Assembly: GCF_018977255.1 (NCBI RefSeq)
Contig: NW_024704743.1
Coordinates: forward strand, 57,352,001-57,416,000
From: Callorhinchus milii
Lineage: Eukaryota
DNA: 64,000 nt
Direction of reading: 5' to 3'
Shown here: piece after piece, positions 1-12,469 of the stretch
Layout of the letters: each line of letters opens with the position of its first letter
Position numbering within the stretch: position 1 is the stretch's first letter
Notes under the pieces: model-generated
Seen by the model: the letters and a program-made list of their open reading frames with translations, nothing else
Database searches by the model: none
What the model was told of the DNA's origin: nothing
Position numbers and translations under genes: made by a program

Positions 1-215
1 TCCCATGACACGATTCAAAAAGAGAAGGGAGTTTCTCCTGATGTCCTAGTCAATAATCAGAAAAAANTAGTTATTCACCTCATTGCTGTTGTTGGGCCAA
101 GTTGTGCCCAAAATTGTTGCTGTATTATCTAAAAAACAGTCCCTACATTGACAGTAATAACTGCAGTACTCTTGAGACATTTTGACACGTTGTGGTGCTC
201 TAAAGATGTATGATA
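1..215 (+). mobile_element. Partial Deu-domain-type SINE
   Basis: tcccatg..cac..ttcaaaaagagaagggagtttctcctg..gtcct matches the copies at 9100 and 32690. Confidence 0.7.
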
Positions 216-243
216 TTTCACTACGCAATGGGATGGCATTTGA

Positions 244-606
<363 letters not shown>

Positions 607-1780
607 TAATAATATTTTTTTCTTATTCCAATACTGGAATTAAAGGTAAAAAGGGAAATTACAGTCCAGTGATTTAATTGATAGGAAGATTTCTGTTTCA
701 ATCAAATTGTGCTGTTAAATTTTGTAAAACAATTCTAGTAAATATTTCTGTCATGTTATTTAAGATCCCAAAATAAATAAAAACACTGTGAATTTAGTTT
801 TTGTAAGATCCAAGCAAAATGAATACTGAATATTGTTTTTGAGATTGTTTGAATATTGTTTGTTATAAGTGATTCTTGGTATAGGTTTGAAGTCTGATAA
901 TATACAAATATACAGAGTATCATAAATGGGGCAGGTATGTGAAAAGTCACCAATAATGGTATACTAATTCAGACACTGCACTATATAGAAAAGTGCAAAG
1001 ATACTCCACATGTTGGTGCCTTAAAATATAAGGATTATTAATAGTACAAGTAGAAATATTTTGAATGAGCACAATTGAAAATAAGCAATTGTTTGCAATA
1101 ACCTAACCCCCAAAATGATGCGGAATTCCAACCAGTTTATATTGAAAAGCTATCATTTGAAATGTTTCTAATTCAATAAAAAGGATATTATCACCTACAT
1201 TGTTCATATCTGTCCCATTGACAACAATACTTAATAATAATTACAATCCTTGCATTCGATATAATGCCTTTCATGTCAGGAGTACATTCTAAAGCACTTC
1301 ACAGGATGTAGTGTAAAGTGGAGCGACTGTATTTTGTATGCAAACGTATATATAAAAACAGCACCTTGGTGTAAGGAACCCAACCAAACAGGCAACAATA
1401 TTGCTTATATATATTTCTGGGGGCTGAAACATGAGTTAATACATTTTAAATAATATTCTGCTTGAAAAGTCACTAGAACTTGCTATAAAGTAGGATACAT
1501 TGATGTTTTGTTGACCAAGTTAAATTGAGCGTGGAGCAACTAAAAAATCAATTATAACTGCGCACATGAGGTTTCAGAGGTCAGGTACTGGCTCTGTGGT
1601 CAGACCAACTGTGTCCAGGTTTTCTAAGAGGCAAATAAATCAAATCCTGCACCCTATTAGAGTGAGTCACTTCAATGCACACTCAGCAAATGTCATTAGT
1701 TTGCTTTGTGTAAATTTCCTCAAAAGAAAAATTGTTAAATCTTTATGGCACCTAACTTGTCTTTATATTGGAGGGCACTT

Positions 1781-2400
1781 ATAGAATCATAGAATCCATT
1801 CGTCCCATTGTGCCTGTGCCGGCTCCCTGAAAGAGCTATCCAGTTAGATCCACACCCCCGCTCCTTCCACATAGACCTGCAAATTTTTCATTTTCAAGTA
1901 AATATTCAATTCTCTTTTGAAAGTTTATTATTGGATCTTCCACCACCCTTTCAGGCAGTGTATTCTACATCGAAACAACTCTGGGTAAAAATATTCCTCC
2001 TTGTCTCCCCTCTGGTTCTTTTGTCAATTATTCTTAAATCTGTGTCCTCTGGTTACCGACCAACCTGCCAGTGGATACAGTTTCTCCTCAATATACTCTA
2101 TCAAAGCCCCTGATAATGTTGAACACCTCTATTAAATATCCCCTTAACCTCCTCTGCTCTAAGGAGAACAATCCCAGATTCTTTAGTCTCTCTACATAAT
2201 TAAAGTCCCTCATCCCTTGTATCATTCTGGTAAATTTCCTTTGCATCCTCTCCAAGATCTTGATATCCTTCCTAAAGTGTGATGCCCAGAATTGGACTCA
2301 ATACTCCAGCTGAATCCTAACCAGTAACTTCTAAAGGTTTAGAAGAACTTCCTTGCTTTTGTACTCTGCCTCTGTTTATAAAGCTAGGGATCCCAAACGC
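1781..2400 (-). mobile_element. CR1-clade LINE 3' fragment
   Basis: atagaatcatagaatc tail and antisense CR1-like ORF2 end (tgcccagaattggactcaatactccag). Confidence 0.75.
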
Positions 2401-4583
2401 TTTTTTCATTGCTTTATCAACTTCTGTCATAATTTTGTATATTTGTCTGGTTTCAGCTTTATTAAATATTCTCTGTCGCCTGCAACTTTCAAAGGGACCA
2501 TTTCAACTGCACTCAATGTCGTCCTGTGCAGTGTGCACTTACTTACCACAGTTGCAAATGATAAGCTCACACTGGCCCAGAAACTACAATAGGAAACTGG
2601 GTTTTGTTTCACCATTTCGTCTTTAGGAGGCGAAAATATCAAGAATCTCTCAGGCTGAACATTTTACAACTTTTACCATAATTTAATACATTGCTAAAAA
2701 TAAAATACTCTACACAGCACAGAATGTAAAGGATTAAGTAAAAGATGGAAATGAAAATAAAAGCAGTCTAAAGAAATACTACCACTTCAAAAAATGTTTC
2801 AGAATGAAGCACAGCTTGTGTTCTTTCTTTCTTTTTCTCACGTTCTCTTTCTGACATACTGTTCCATCTCTGCTGTTTATCCCTCCTTACCAATTAACCG
2901 CTTCCCTCAGACAATTTTCACACTTGCAAACTATCATTGTTCTTTGAACTTTAGAGAAATACTCGATTTGATGGGAGGCATTTTGCAGCAATCAAATTAG
3001 CTTTGTTCACATCTTACATTTAGACAGGATCCCTCTATGACTCCAAATTGCCTATTTCAGAACCAGCTTGTCAGCTCTTTGTTCAATCAACTTTTAAGAA
3101 AATAGTGCATGACGCCATTTTCAAATAATCACATTCGCCTACAAAACACTAGTTTTTTACAGTATGCTTTTTACAATTTTTATGCTCATTTGTAAAGTCC
3201 ACTTGACAGTAAATCTTGCGAAGTTCTTTGAGATGACCTGATGTGAAAGATGCTACATCAAATGCAAGATTATTGTTTGTATTTTTATATGCACACAGCA
3301 TATTTCATTAAATATGCTTTGTGTAAATTTGTCTAAATCCTCATAACACCTTACTTGACTTCATGCTAGAGAGGGCTGCTCTGCTTACTGAAAATTCAAA
3401 GTTGATGTGGAAGTGTACTTTCTGAAATCAGGTTACCGACCCATGTTTATGTTTTAATATTTTGCAAAAACAATTACTTCTTCCTATGAACATGGTAAAT
3501 ATAAAAAAAGTATAATCCTATTATGCTGAGATAATAATGGATTATCATGGAGGATATTTGCAACTAACTTTTTTTTGTCAGTTTCACCTGCTTGGACTGG
3601 ACTTTATACCATAGGGCTTCAGTATAACTGAGGCATGGCAGAAGGTCGCTTCATATTGTGAAGCCCTGGCATTTTTAGAAATGATCCTGAGACCTATGGG
3701 CTGCTTCCCATTAATCATCCAGTGGTCATAAAATAAAAGTTAAGTCAGCATAGACTTGAAACCTCCCAGACTGTATGATTGCACTCAGCAAGGCCTTTAA
3801 CCACTGGGAGATGGAGAGAAGCTGGGTTACACTTACTTGTTCAAATCTATGCTGAATAATGTATCCTGGTTTGGCACACACTGAACTATGGTAACAGTAA
3901 GGGTGCTACAATTGCCCTCAGTATCCTTGAGTGGGAAGCAGGAAATCAGCTAGATTTTTCGCTCCTCCTTATTGCTTTCCAAAACGTTTGTTGGAAATTA
4001 TCTTTATGAGGAGATCAGGCATAAAACTACCACACAAAATACCAATGTACTAAGCATTGCATAGAATTTTGTATCTAGCATTTCAGTATAAAATGCTGAT
4101 TGAACCATAACATACTGGCATGTTATCCAAAAATTAATGCTAAGCCCACAAAATATTTGTGTTAAAATTGAACTAAAGACAGCAAGATATTTCAGGAGTT
4201 TGTAGTGAAATATGTTTTCATTAGAACTTTTCTGCCTTATTTGTTTGGATCGAATTGCTGAATGGATAGGCTTTGCTACAAAGATCTACCAGTTGTTATG
4301 TTTATGCCCATACACCTTGCAGAAGTCATGATTCAAGGCATAACATTTCTTGGCAAGCTAATAATGTATTTATGAGTATTGAACTTCAGCAGGATTGCAA
4401 CATCTGGGCATCGTCTGACCTTGCAGCAGCTGTCAATGTGATTCTTTGCTTTCCGTCCGCTATTTAGCTTCTGCACAATTTGTCCCAGCTGGCTTGACAA
4501 TTTTCAGTCATAGATTGAATTACAAACATAAACCTATACATTCTGTGAAGTGTAAAAATAATTGAAGTAATAAGCAAACTTTA

Positions 4584-4910
4584 CAGCCTGGCTCAGTTGG
4601 TAGTCCTCTCGCCTCTTTGAGTCAGCAGGTTGTGGGACCGGGAACTTATGGTCTAGGTCAGGATGGTTCAACCTTTTGGCTGCTGAGGGACAGATTCCCT
4701 ATTTGAGAAGCGTCTGCGGACAGCATAAGCAATATTTTTGTGCTTCCTTTCCCAGAAATATAACACAACATTTACTGGTTACAGAGGAAGCGGATGAAAT
4801 GGAGGGAGGGGGGAGTACCGGATGAAATTGGCCCGCGGGCCACAAGTTGGACCTCTCTGGTCAGGTGAACCCCCAAAACCAGGGTGCACTGCATTGTTGA
4901 TGTGCTGTCA

Positions 4911-4942
<32 letters not shown>

Positions 4943-5155
4943 GGATGTTAAAAATCCCATTTCGCTGTTCGAAAAGAGAAGGATGTTCTGGCGAACAATC
5001 CCCCAGATAAAATTGGTCATTAACTCCATGGCTGTTTGTGGGACATAACTGCGCAAATTGGCTGCTCACTACACTTTACAGTAAATAAGATGAAATGCTT
5101 TGAGATGTCCTCTCAACATGCAAGGCATTGTATTATATGTAAGAATTATTATTAT
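4584..5155 (+). mobile_element. Deu-domain-type SINE interrupted by a MITE
   Basis: tRNA-like head (tggctcagttggtag), core cagatgagacgataaactgaggtcc...atccca, (tta)n tail. Confidence 0.75.
4659..4859. mobile_element. hAT/Charlie-like MITE, about 200 bp
   Basis: Imperfect TIRs caggatggttcaac / gttggacctctctg, subterminal ggcccgcgggcc, flanks gtctaggt / gtcaggt resembling an 8-bp NTCTAGAN-type TSD. Confidence 0.6.
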
Positions 5156-5315
5156 GGCGGCTCAATGATTGCAGAGAGAGATCCAATCCCTATTAATTAC
5201 GTGTTTTCAAAACACTTTACCATTTGTGTCATTGAATTCATATAGAAGCAGCAAATGCATCAATTACATAAATAAAGATTGGAAATGATTTTTAACATTT
5301 TGTTTCTTAATATAG

Positions 5316-5524
5316 GTCACATTTTCTTCTGGAGCATTTGTCCGCGCTGATGTGAGTGACTGGGGAATGAGTTTAACACTCAGAGCACCGGGCATAGACT
5401 TCCAGAACACTAGAGGTCTATGTGGCACATTTGATGGAGATATGAATAATGACTTTCATAATCCAGATGATCTTCTCGATCGAGAAATCCCTGCCAGTCT
5501 GGATGCTTTCATTGAAGATTGGAG
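5316..5524 (+). CDS. vwde: VWDE exon, VWD C-terminus ([12 protein letters not shown]...[10 protein letters not shown]...FIEDWR)
   Basis: tatag acceptor, gtaata donor; contains the VWD GLCG motif; phase 0 to 2. Confidence 0.93.
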
Positions 5525-6861
5525 GTAATATTAATGCATATGTTTAATCTAAATATTATATATATATTATTTTATTCATTGAAAATCGACATTGATGAAT
5601 TATGTTCAAATGAGACTATTACTTCAGTGGTTTTCTATGCTATGCGGTAGCTACCAACCGTGTTATGAACAAATTGAGATCCCAATGAAGAGACAGCAAG
5701 AAAATCAAGTGCAGCTATTCATCCATGAAATAGAATTATTCAAGAGTTGAAACTGGTTTAAGAGTACCTTAAAATACGCTCAGGTCTATATCTAGTTACT
5801 GATCTCTAACTTAAATCCCATGTGCGAACCAAATTTTTCCATCATTTTCTGAGTGACTGTGATTAAAACCATGAAGCAGCCAACAGGAAAAAATCATTCA
5901 GCTCATCAATTCGTTACTTTCCACAAGCTATATACAGGATGACTCTGGTTGAACACAGTCGCTTACGTCCAATGTCTCGGGTCCTTTGTTATGATAAAGT
6001 GCGTAAAAAATGGTCAGTGTGTGGGTTGTCAGGTCACCTGCCAATGTCACTTTCTCCATGTTGGAGGAATGTTTACCACTAATAATAATGATAATAATCC
6101 TTGGTTTTGATATAATAGCTTTTGTGTTGGGAGGATGTCTCAAAGTGCTTCAAAGAATATACTTTAAAGTATAGAGATTGTACTTTTGCAGAGAAAATTG
6201 GTGTCATTTCTTGCACTTAAAAATGGCCTACTTCCAGTTCCTGTCACTTATTGCATGCTATGCATGCACGCTATGTGACAAAACTCCACTGTTGTCATTT
6301 TCTTCATGAAATAATGTCAGTGGTGCTTCCTACCTATATCATACATGTGCAAATGCCTCCCACAGGAGGTGAGATTGGCAATGACTCATAAGTCGGCTAC
6401 ATTTTAGCAAGTGACAACCAACTGGTCTGTGTGCTAAAACCAAACAAGGTTCCACAGAGCACCCATCTTACAAGTGAATCAGCCTTATGAAGGGATTGCC
6501 CTGCACAAACCTATCATAAAGTGGATACCACTCCACCTATTTCATGGGGAATGTCACTGGTTATGGAGTGAGAAATACTGCCTGCTTTTTCTCCTTCCTA
6601 AGCCAAAGTGTGCTGAGACCAATGGTAACATCCCAATTGCTGCCGATCTGAGACCACCTTAGATCATTATTTGATCTTGTAACCTATTGTCTGTGTGAAT
6701 CCCCGACTTTATCTATTAGGCCATCGGGGAAGCCCAAAAGTAATAGTTGCTAATAATCTCTTTTAACGTGTTAATATTTGTTATTGCCTACAATATAATA
6801 TGAATATCACACAGAATATAGCATTATGTATGACACTACATACATTGTTATCTTTTTACAG

Positions 6862-7841
6862 AATTATGCCTGGCAAGAGTCTGTTTGATAAAACGTCATC
6901 TTCACCAATTACTTTCAAAAAAAGACAATATTGCAGTTGTAGTACAAACTTGCCCGTGTTGCAAGAGTCTTCTAATAAACTAGATGCTGCTCCTCAACCT
7001 GGGGTCGCTTCAACTTGTTCAAGCAGTGAACATGTGAGACTTTCCACTTTGATACCTGTCTTAGATGTTACAGCAGAATACATTAGCAGTATTGAGTTAA
7101 TTAGAGGAATTAGCAGACGTCAAGCTGAAAATAAATCCACAACAACATTAACACATAGACATCATACGAATCTGAGCAAGTTCCACGAAGCCACACACTT
7201 TACCAAAGCCTTGCATATTCATCCCAGAGGACACATAAGGACAATAGAAAGAAGATTATCAAAGGGAAACACTAGAAGGAACAAACGCCATCATACAAGG
7301 CATCTTAGCAGCAGAAGATGGAAACGCCAGAACTATTATGAATTCTTACCAACATTCCCATTCCAGAGTCTCACTCAGACTGATCTGGAAGGGTTCAGCT
7401 ATTTTTTTCCTGAGGACCACGCCGCTGATTTTCATCAGGAAGCTTTACCTTCATGGCCTACACCTTCTGGATTGACAGAAGCGAATGCCTTTGACTTGTG
7501 CCAGCAAACAGTAGCCAATTCCAGTATAGGCAGAGCCTGTGGAGAATTGCTCGGTGGACGAATAGTAGATGTGATAGATATTTGTATCTTGGATCTGCAG
7601 CGTAAGGATAATGTCAGCTGGGCGGCAGGAGGCCTGAGTTTGTTAGAGAATGAATGCGAAAGGAAACTATTGGAAAATGGGATGTACCATGGAAGGGACT
7701 TTGGGGATTTATCTGATGTGCCTCAGGAAATCTTGTCAGCATTGAGGTGCCCCAATGTTTGCAGCGACAATGGCGAGTGTGCTGAGTGGGGCTGTGCCTG
7801 CTTTTCAGGTTTCAGTTCTTATGACTGCAGTGTATTAGTTG
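6862..7841 (+). CDS. vwde: VWDE large exon: basic/His-rich linker, RWKR site, Cys-rich region ending CPNVCSDNGEC...YDCS
   Basis: tttttacag acceptor, gtaagt donor; 980 bp inside ORF 6800..7849; phase 2 to 1. Confidence 0.93.
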
Positions 7842-8859
7842 GTAAGTAGCACTTCATATAATAACTAAGCTGTTAAACTCCTCAAATCGTCTTAGAATCA
7901 TAAAAGTTGCAGTCACAGCCTCACAGGCCATCATCCAACTGAGGTATTGTTGGAGCACCTCCAATAAAATTAACACCTCTAATTCCTATTCCTTGCTCAT
8001 CCTCTGTATCTTTTTACAGTGTAGTATTCTTTTTCAAATTCTAGTTGTCTTTTAAGTGTTGCTACGGATTAAGCTTCAATATACACTTTGAGAAAAGCAT
8101 TCCGTAATAATCTCCTTGAAAAAAAATCTATTCAGTGATAATTCGGATGTTATATCCCTTGGTACCAATTTATCAGCGAGGAGCAATGTTCATTCATTCA
8201 CTATTTCGGTAGGACTTGCAGTCCCAGGATGTCTATTGAGGCTTTGTAGAACTACACTTCTTGTATAGGGTAAGCTTTTCAGTAAGCACATTTTTGATCC
8301 ACTCTGATTTAATGTTTGGTGGCAAATAAAGAGAAGGTGCCATCAGCAAGGACGGGCGAGAGAAATCGGTGCCTGCTTCTCACTGGGCTACTTTTGAATA
8401 GTTTCTTAGCTGCTGCTATGAAACATCACAAAAAAATATATATATATTTTGGTCAGCCGGATGTCTGACACATGCAAAAACTCATCACCGTGCTTAAGAG
8501 TATTCAAACCAAGCTGAGAATCCTATACATCCCACCTACACATGGAAATTCCAAAGATAGATTGGGGACCTTCCTGGCTCAGGAACCAGACTGTTGAGAC
8601 TGCCACACAAGGCTGGCTCAGTTCCAATTGCCATTGCAATTCCATTGCCAAGTATGTCACCTTGGAGCCAGAACACCGTGCTTCCCGCCTCCCACCCTCT
8701 CAGGAGGATAGAATAAAATATATAGGGAAAGAAAAGTAATGCGATCACAAATTATGAGAATAATCAATTTGGGATGAGTGAAAGATATAAGATGTCTTGT
8801 CTGTTTGAAAACTGTAGTGTGTGCCAATTAATTCACTTTCTATGATATTAATATCGAAG

Positions 8860-8996
8860 ATCAGCTTCCTGAGATCAGAGAGTTGGAGAATTCTGGATTG
8901 TGCGATATCCGTCGGTATGACTGCACCTCTGTGAGGGTCTTCGGCCAGGGATTTATGGAGTCTGAAAGCTTAAAGTGTGAAATCGTCAAGCTGCAA
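8860..8996 (+). CDS. vwde: VWDE exon (DQLPEIRELENSGLCDIRRYDC...KLQ)
   Basis: gaag acceptor, gtaagc donor; phase 1 to 0. Confidence 0.88.
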
Positions 8997-9099
8997 GTAA
9001 GCCAAGTTATAGGATACACCACTAAATCTACATCAAATAGTGATCTAGAAAACTGGACAATTTTCTAACCGGATACTTTGAATTGTACCTATTAATTCA

Positions 9100-9545
9100 C
9101 AGTCTGGCTCAGTCAGTAGCACTCTCACTTCTGAATCAGAAGGTTGTGAGTTCAAGCCTCACATCGGGTCTTGGAATTCATATAGTCTAAACTGACACTC
9201 CAACGCAGTCCTGGAGTGTGTTGCATTGCTGGAGGTGCTGTCCTTCAGATGAGATGTTAAACCAAGGCCCCTTCTGCCTTTTCAGGTCAACATTAAAGAT
9301 CCCATTGGCACTATTCGAAAAGAGAAGGGAGTTTCTCTTGGTGTCCTGGTCAACATTGACCCCCCAAAAATTGGTCATTCACTTAATGACTGTTTGTGGG
9401 ACATTGTTGTGAATAAATTGGCACATGTTGATTCATGAAAACACACAATCACTACACTTTACAGCATATTCTGTGAAGCATTGTATGGCATCTTCCTGAC
9501 ATGAAAGGTGCTATACCAAATCTAAGGATTTCTTTTTATTATTAT
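9100..9545 (+). mobile_element. Near full-length Deu-domain-type tRNA SINE
   Basis: A/B-box head; core ggaggtgctgtccttcagatgagatgttaaaccaagg...aaagatccca.tggcact resembles the Deu domain as I recall it; L2-like tail. Confidence 0.75.
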
Positions 9546-9701
9546 TTCAGGCTTTGAAATGGGCAAATGTTTGCACAAGTTTATGTAACGTTTTAAAGTA
9601 GAGCCTATGAAATATACAGAATATGATGCGTGATTAATTTCTGTGTTGCAGTTGAGATTTGGAATGCTTTTGATAAGCAGAATCTTTTAATTCAGCTGAA
9701 C

Positions 9702-10205
9702 GTCAATGTATACTGAAGCGAAGGCCAATACCCATTGAGGCGAACATCAGTGTGCATTTAGGAGAAAATCAATATACAATGAGGCAAATATCAATGTACT
9801 TTCAGATGAAGACATAAAGATTTATGGACATTGAAACAAAGATCAATGGACCGTGAGATAAATGTCAGTTTACAGACAAAGTACATTCATATGAATGTCA
9901 ATGTGCATTTGAGACAAAGATCAGTGTACAGTGAAATGAATATCCATGCACATTGAGACAAAGATCCAAGCGCAATGAGGCAAAGATTAGTGTACATTGA
10001 AGCGAAAATTAATATATATTGAGGTAAAGATTAATGTAAATTGAGATGAATGTCAATGCATATTGAAACAAAGATAAATGTATATTGAAGCTAAGATCAA
10101 AGTGCATTAAGATGAAGATCGATGCTTTTTGAGGCATCTGTCAATGTACCTTTAGGTAAATGTTAATATGCATTGATCCAAATGGCAATGTAGATTGAGG
10201 CGGAA
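9702..10205. repeat. Degenerate 22-bp minisatellite, about 23 units, consensus ATCAATGTACATTGAGACAAAG
   Basis: Twelve consecutive gap-free 22-nt units in the 3' half; palindromic core TCAATGTACATTGA. Confidence 0.85.
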
Positions 10206-10209
10206 TTCA

Positions 10210-10590
10210 ATTGACAATTGAAAAGAGAAGATTGAGAGGTGACATGATTGCTGCCTATAAGGTTCTAAAGGGGCAAGACAATATAGACCATGATAGGTTG
10301 TTTCAACTTGTCCAAAATAAAACCAGAGGACACGGCCTGCGATTGAAGAGTAAATTCAGAGCGAATCTACCAAACACCATTTCAGTGAGCGAATAGTGAA
10401 CCTGTGGAACAGGCTCCCTAGGGAGAAGCAGGAAGTGTTGATTCTTTCAAACACAGATTAGGAAATAACATTATGGGATATAGTGCACAGTTTGGGACAT
10501 ATGGGCATGCGACCACCAGGAATGTGAAGGACAAACTAGATGCACCTTGGTCTTTTTTTGTCTAGCATTTTTTATGTTATACATTCTTAT
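10210..10590 (+). mobile_element. CR1-clade LINE 3' fragment
   Basis: Translates EKRRLRGDMIAAYKVLKG...TRGH, the typical CR1 ORF2 C-terminus. Confidence 0.85.
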
Positions 10591-11668
10591 GACATTTACT
10601 CCAATGTTTGCTATTGTTCCTTATTTCAAAATATCTATAAGTGTCAACTCAACATTTTCCTTTTCTTATTCAAGTAGAAATTTGTGATTTTTATTGTGAC
10701 ATTCATTCAAGGATCTATTTAAATGATTATAGAGTGAAATATCCAGTCGCCATATTGTGTTCTGACCTCAACTAAATTGGAATAGTCAACTGAAGAGAAT
10801 GTAATTATTAATTTGGAGGCCAGTGCTCTGTCACTTTTGAGAATTGTGGTAAAAGAATTTCCAAAATGATTAAAGTTTACAAAATGCTGCTCGACCTGAA
10901 GGTTTCAAACAGTGGTCGTCAATCAGGTCTGAGGACTCTGCATTTGACACTGCCTTATATACTGATGCAAATAATGTAAGAAGCTTTTATTAAAACCAAA
11001 TGATGATCAAGTGAGTCTAAATTCTCCAATGAGTCCTGCTGCACAATGTATATATGGACATTGGGTGAGGAGGATTAGATTCAGCTGGAATGCCTCACGC
11101 ATGTGCATAAACTGCTGGAAAATTGTGATCTGGGCCATAAAATCAGAAATTTAGGTGAAGAATGGGAGGATGCTCTACTATGGAGCGCACCATAGGGCCC
11201 AACCATTGAGCTCCATCATCCAGCCCCAACACAGACCACCATGAATACCATCACAGTGTGATTCAGCACTTTAAGGAGAAAACAGCCAAAATCGGAAGGA
11301 GAAAGGGAGAAAATGTTATCTCAGGTTGATAGTAATAATAATAATCCTTGCATTTGATATATAATTATAATATTCCTTGCATTTCATATATAATAATAAT
11401 AATCCTTGCATTTGATATTGCACCTTATCATGTCTTCGAGAAGTCTCAAAGCATTTCACAGAATATACTGTAAAGTGTAGTGACTGTATATGTTGTGGAC
11501 GAAACACCCACAAAATATACTTGATATCCAAGAATAGAAAGGAAAATTTGGACCTACAGAAATAACAACTGAATGTTGTATTCATATGAGAATTGTGTAC
11601 AGTGTTTTTTTCTTATGTTAAAAGAATTAATGTTATTTCTTTTGATTTCCTTTATCTATTGAGCATAG

Positions 11669-11830
11669 CATGCCAATGGTGAATGGGTTGTAACTGTGCC
11701 ACAACTGACGAAGGCTACTTTTTTGAGTAATAAAGCTGTGGACTGCCAGATTCCTGCTGAGGATGGTCAACCATCTGAAAGCATAGACTTGGTTGTTGAC
11801 GACAAGCCAATTGCAAGGTGGCAAGTTAAG
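11669..11830 (+). CDS. vwde: VWDE exon (HANGEWVV...AVDCQIP...ARWQVK)
   Basis: catag acceptor, gtatga donor; 162 bp open frame, phase 0 to 0. Confidence 0.88.
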
Positions 11831-12469
11831 GTATGATATTTTAACCTTCCAATTGGGTCTAATATAATGATTTACAAAAGCATTTCTAAATTTCGAATCC
11901 CACTTGTTCCTTGATATGTTCTTGTGCTGACCTGCTGGAACTCTGTTTGGAGACTGATCTGATTACCGATTCTGCGAAATCGGATTATGGTGAAAGAAAG
12001 GGTAAAAGGACAGGCTGATCTTGTGATGAGGGGCAATTGTCACGTCAGAGTGGCCGACGCCTATTATGCTACAAGTGGTTGTGCCAAAGTCTCAGCCATA
12101 TGAAGAATATTGGTGTACAGATCTGCAACCCTGCAGTTAGCATGGATTTGATAACAAATGTAGCCATGCCTTTCTTGCTTCTGCAACCATGGTTGTAAGC
12201 AAACTGAAGCTAAGGCCTGCAATCTGCTCATCCACAAAGCACTTTTAAGGTAACTGCAGAGGGAAAGAGAGCAGTAGGCAAAACAGAGGGCTTTTAAAGT
12301 TGTCATAGAAGCCTCTTTGTAGCAAACTAGGACTGCTGCAAAAGAAGCTTATCACCAAGGCTAAGAAGCTAAGAAGCTTCATTAAGGAAATGAAGCGGGA
12401 TCAGTGGGTGGCATAAATCTATAAGCATTTCCACATGAAGGATTTCAAAATCAAGTGTTCACACAGGAT

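Noticed and set aside
67..67. Single N bases (67, 15092, 49154)
   Set aside because: All sit at homopolymer ends, indicating sequencing ambiguity rather than biology.
9702..10205. CRISPR-like array (palindromic repeat with regular spacing)
   Set aside because: Units are contiguous 22-mers with no unique spacers, there are no cas genes, and the context is a vertebrate intron.
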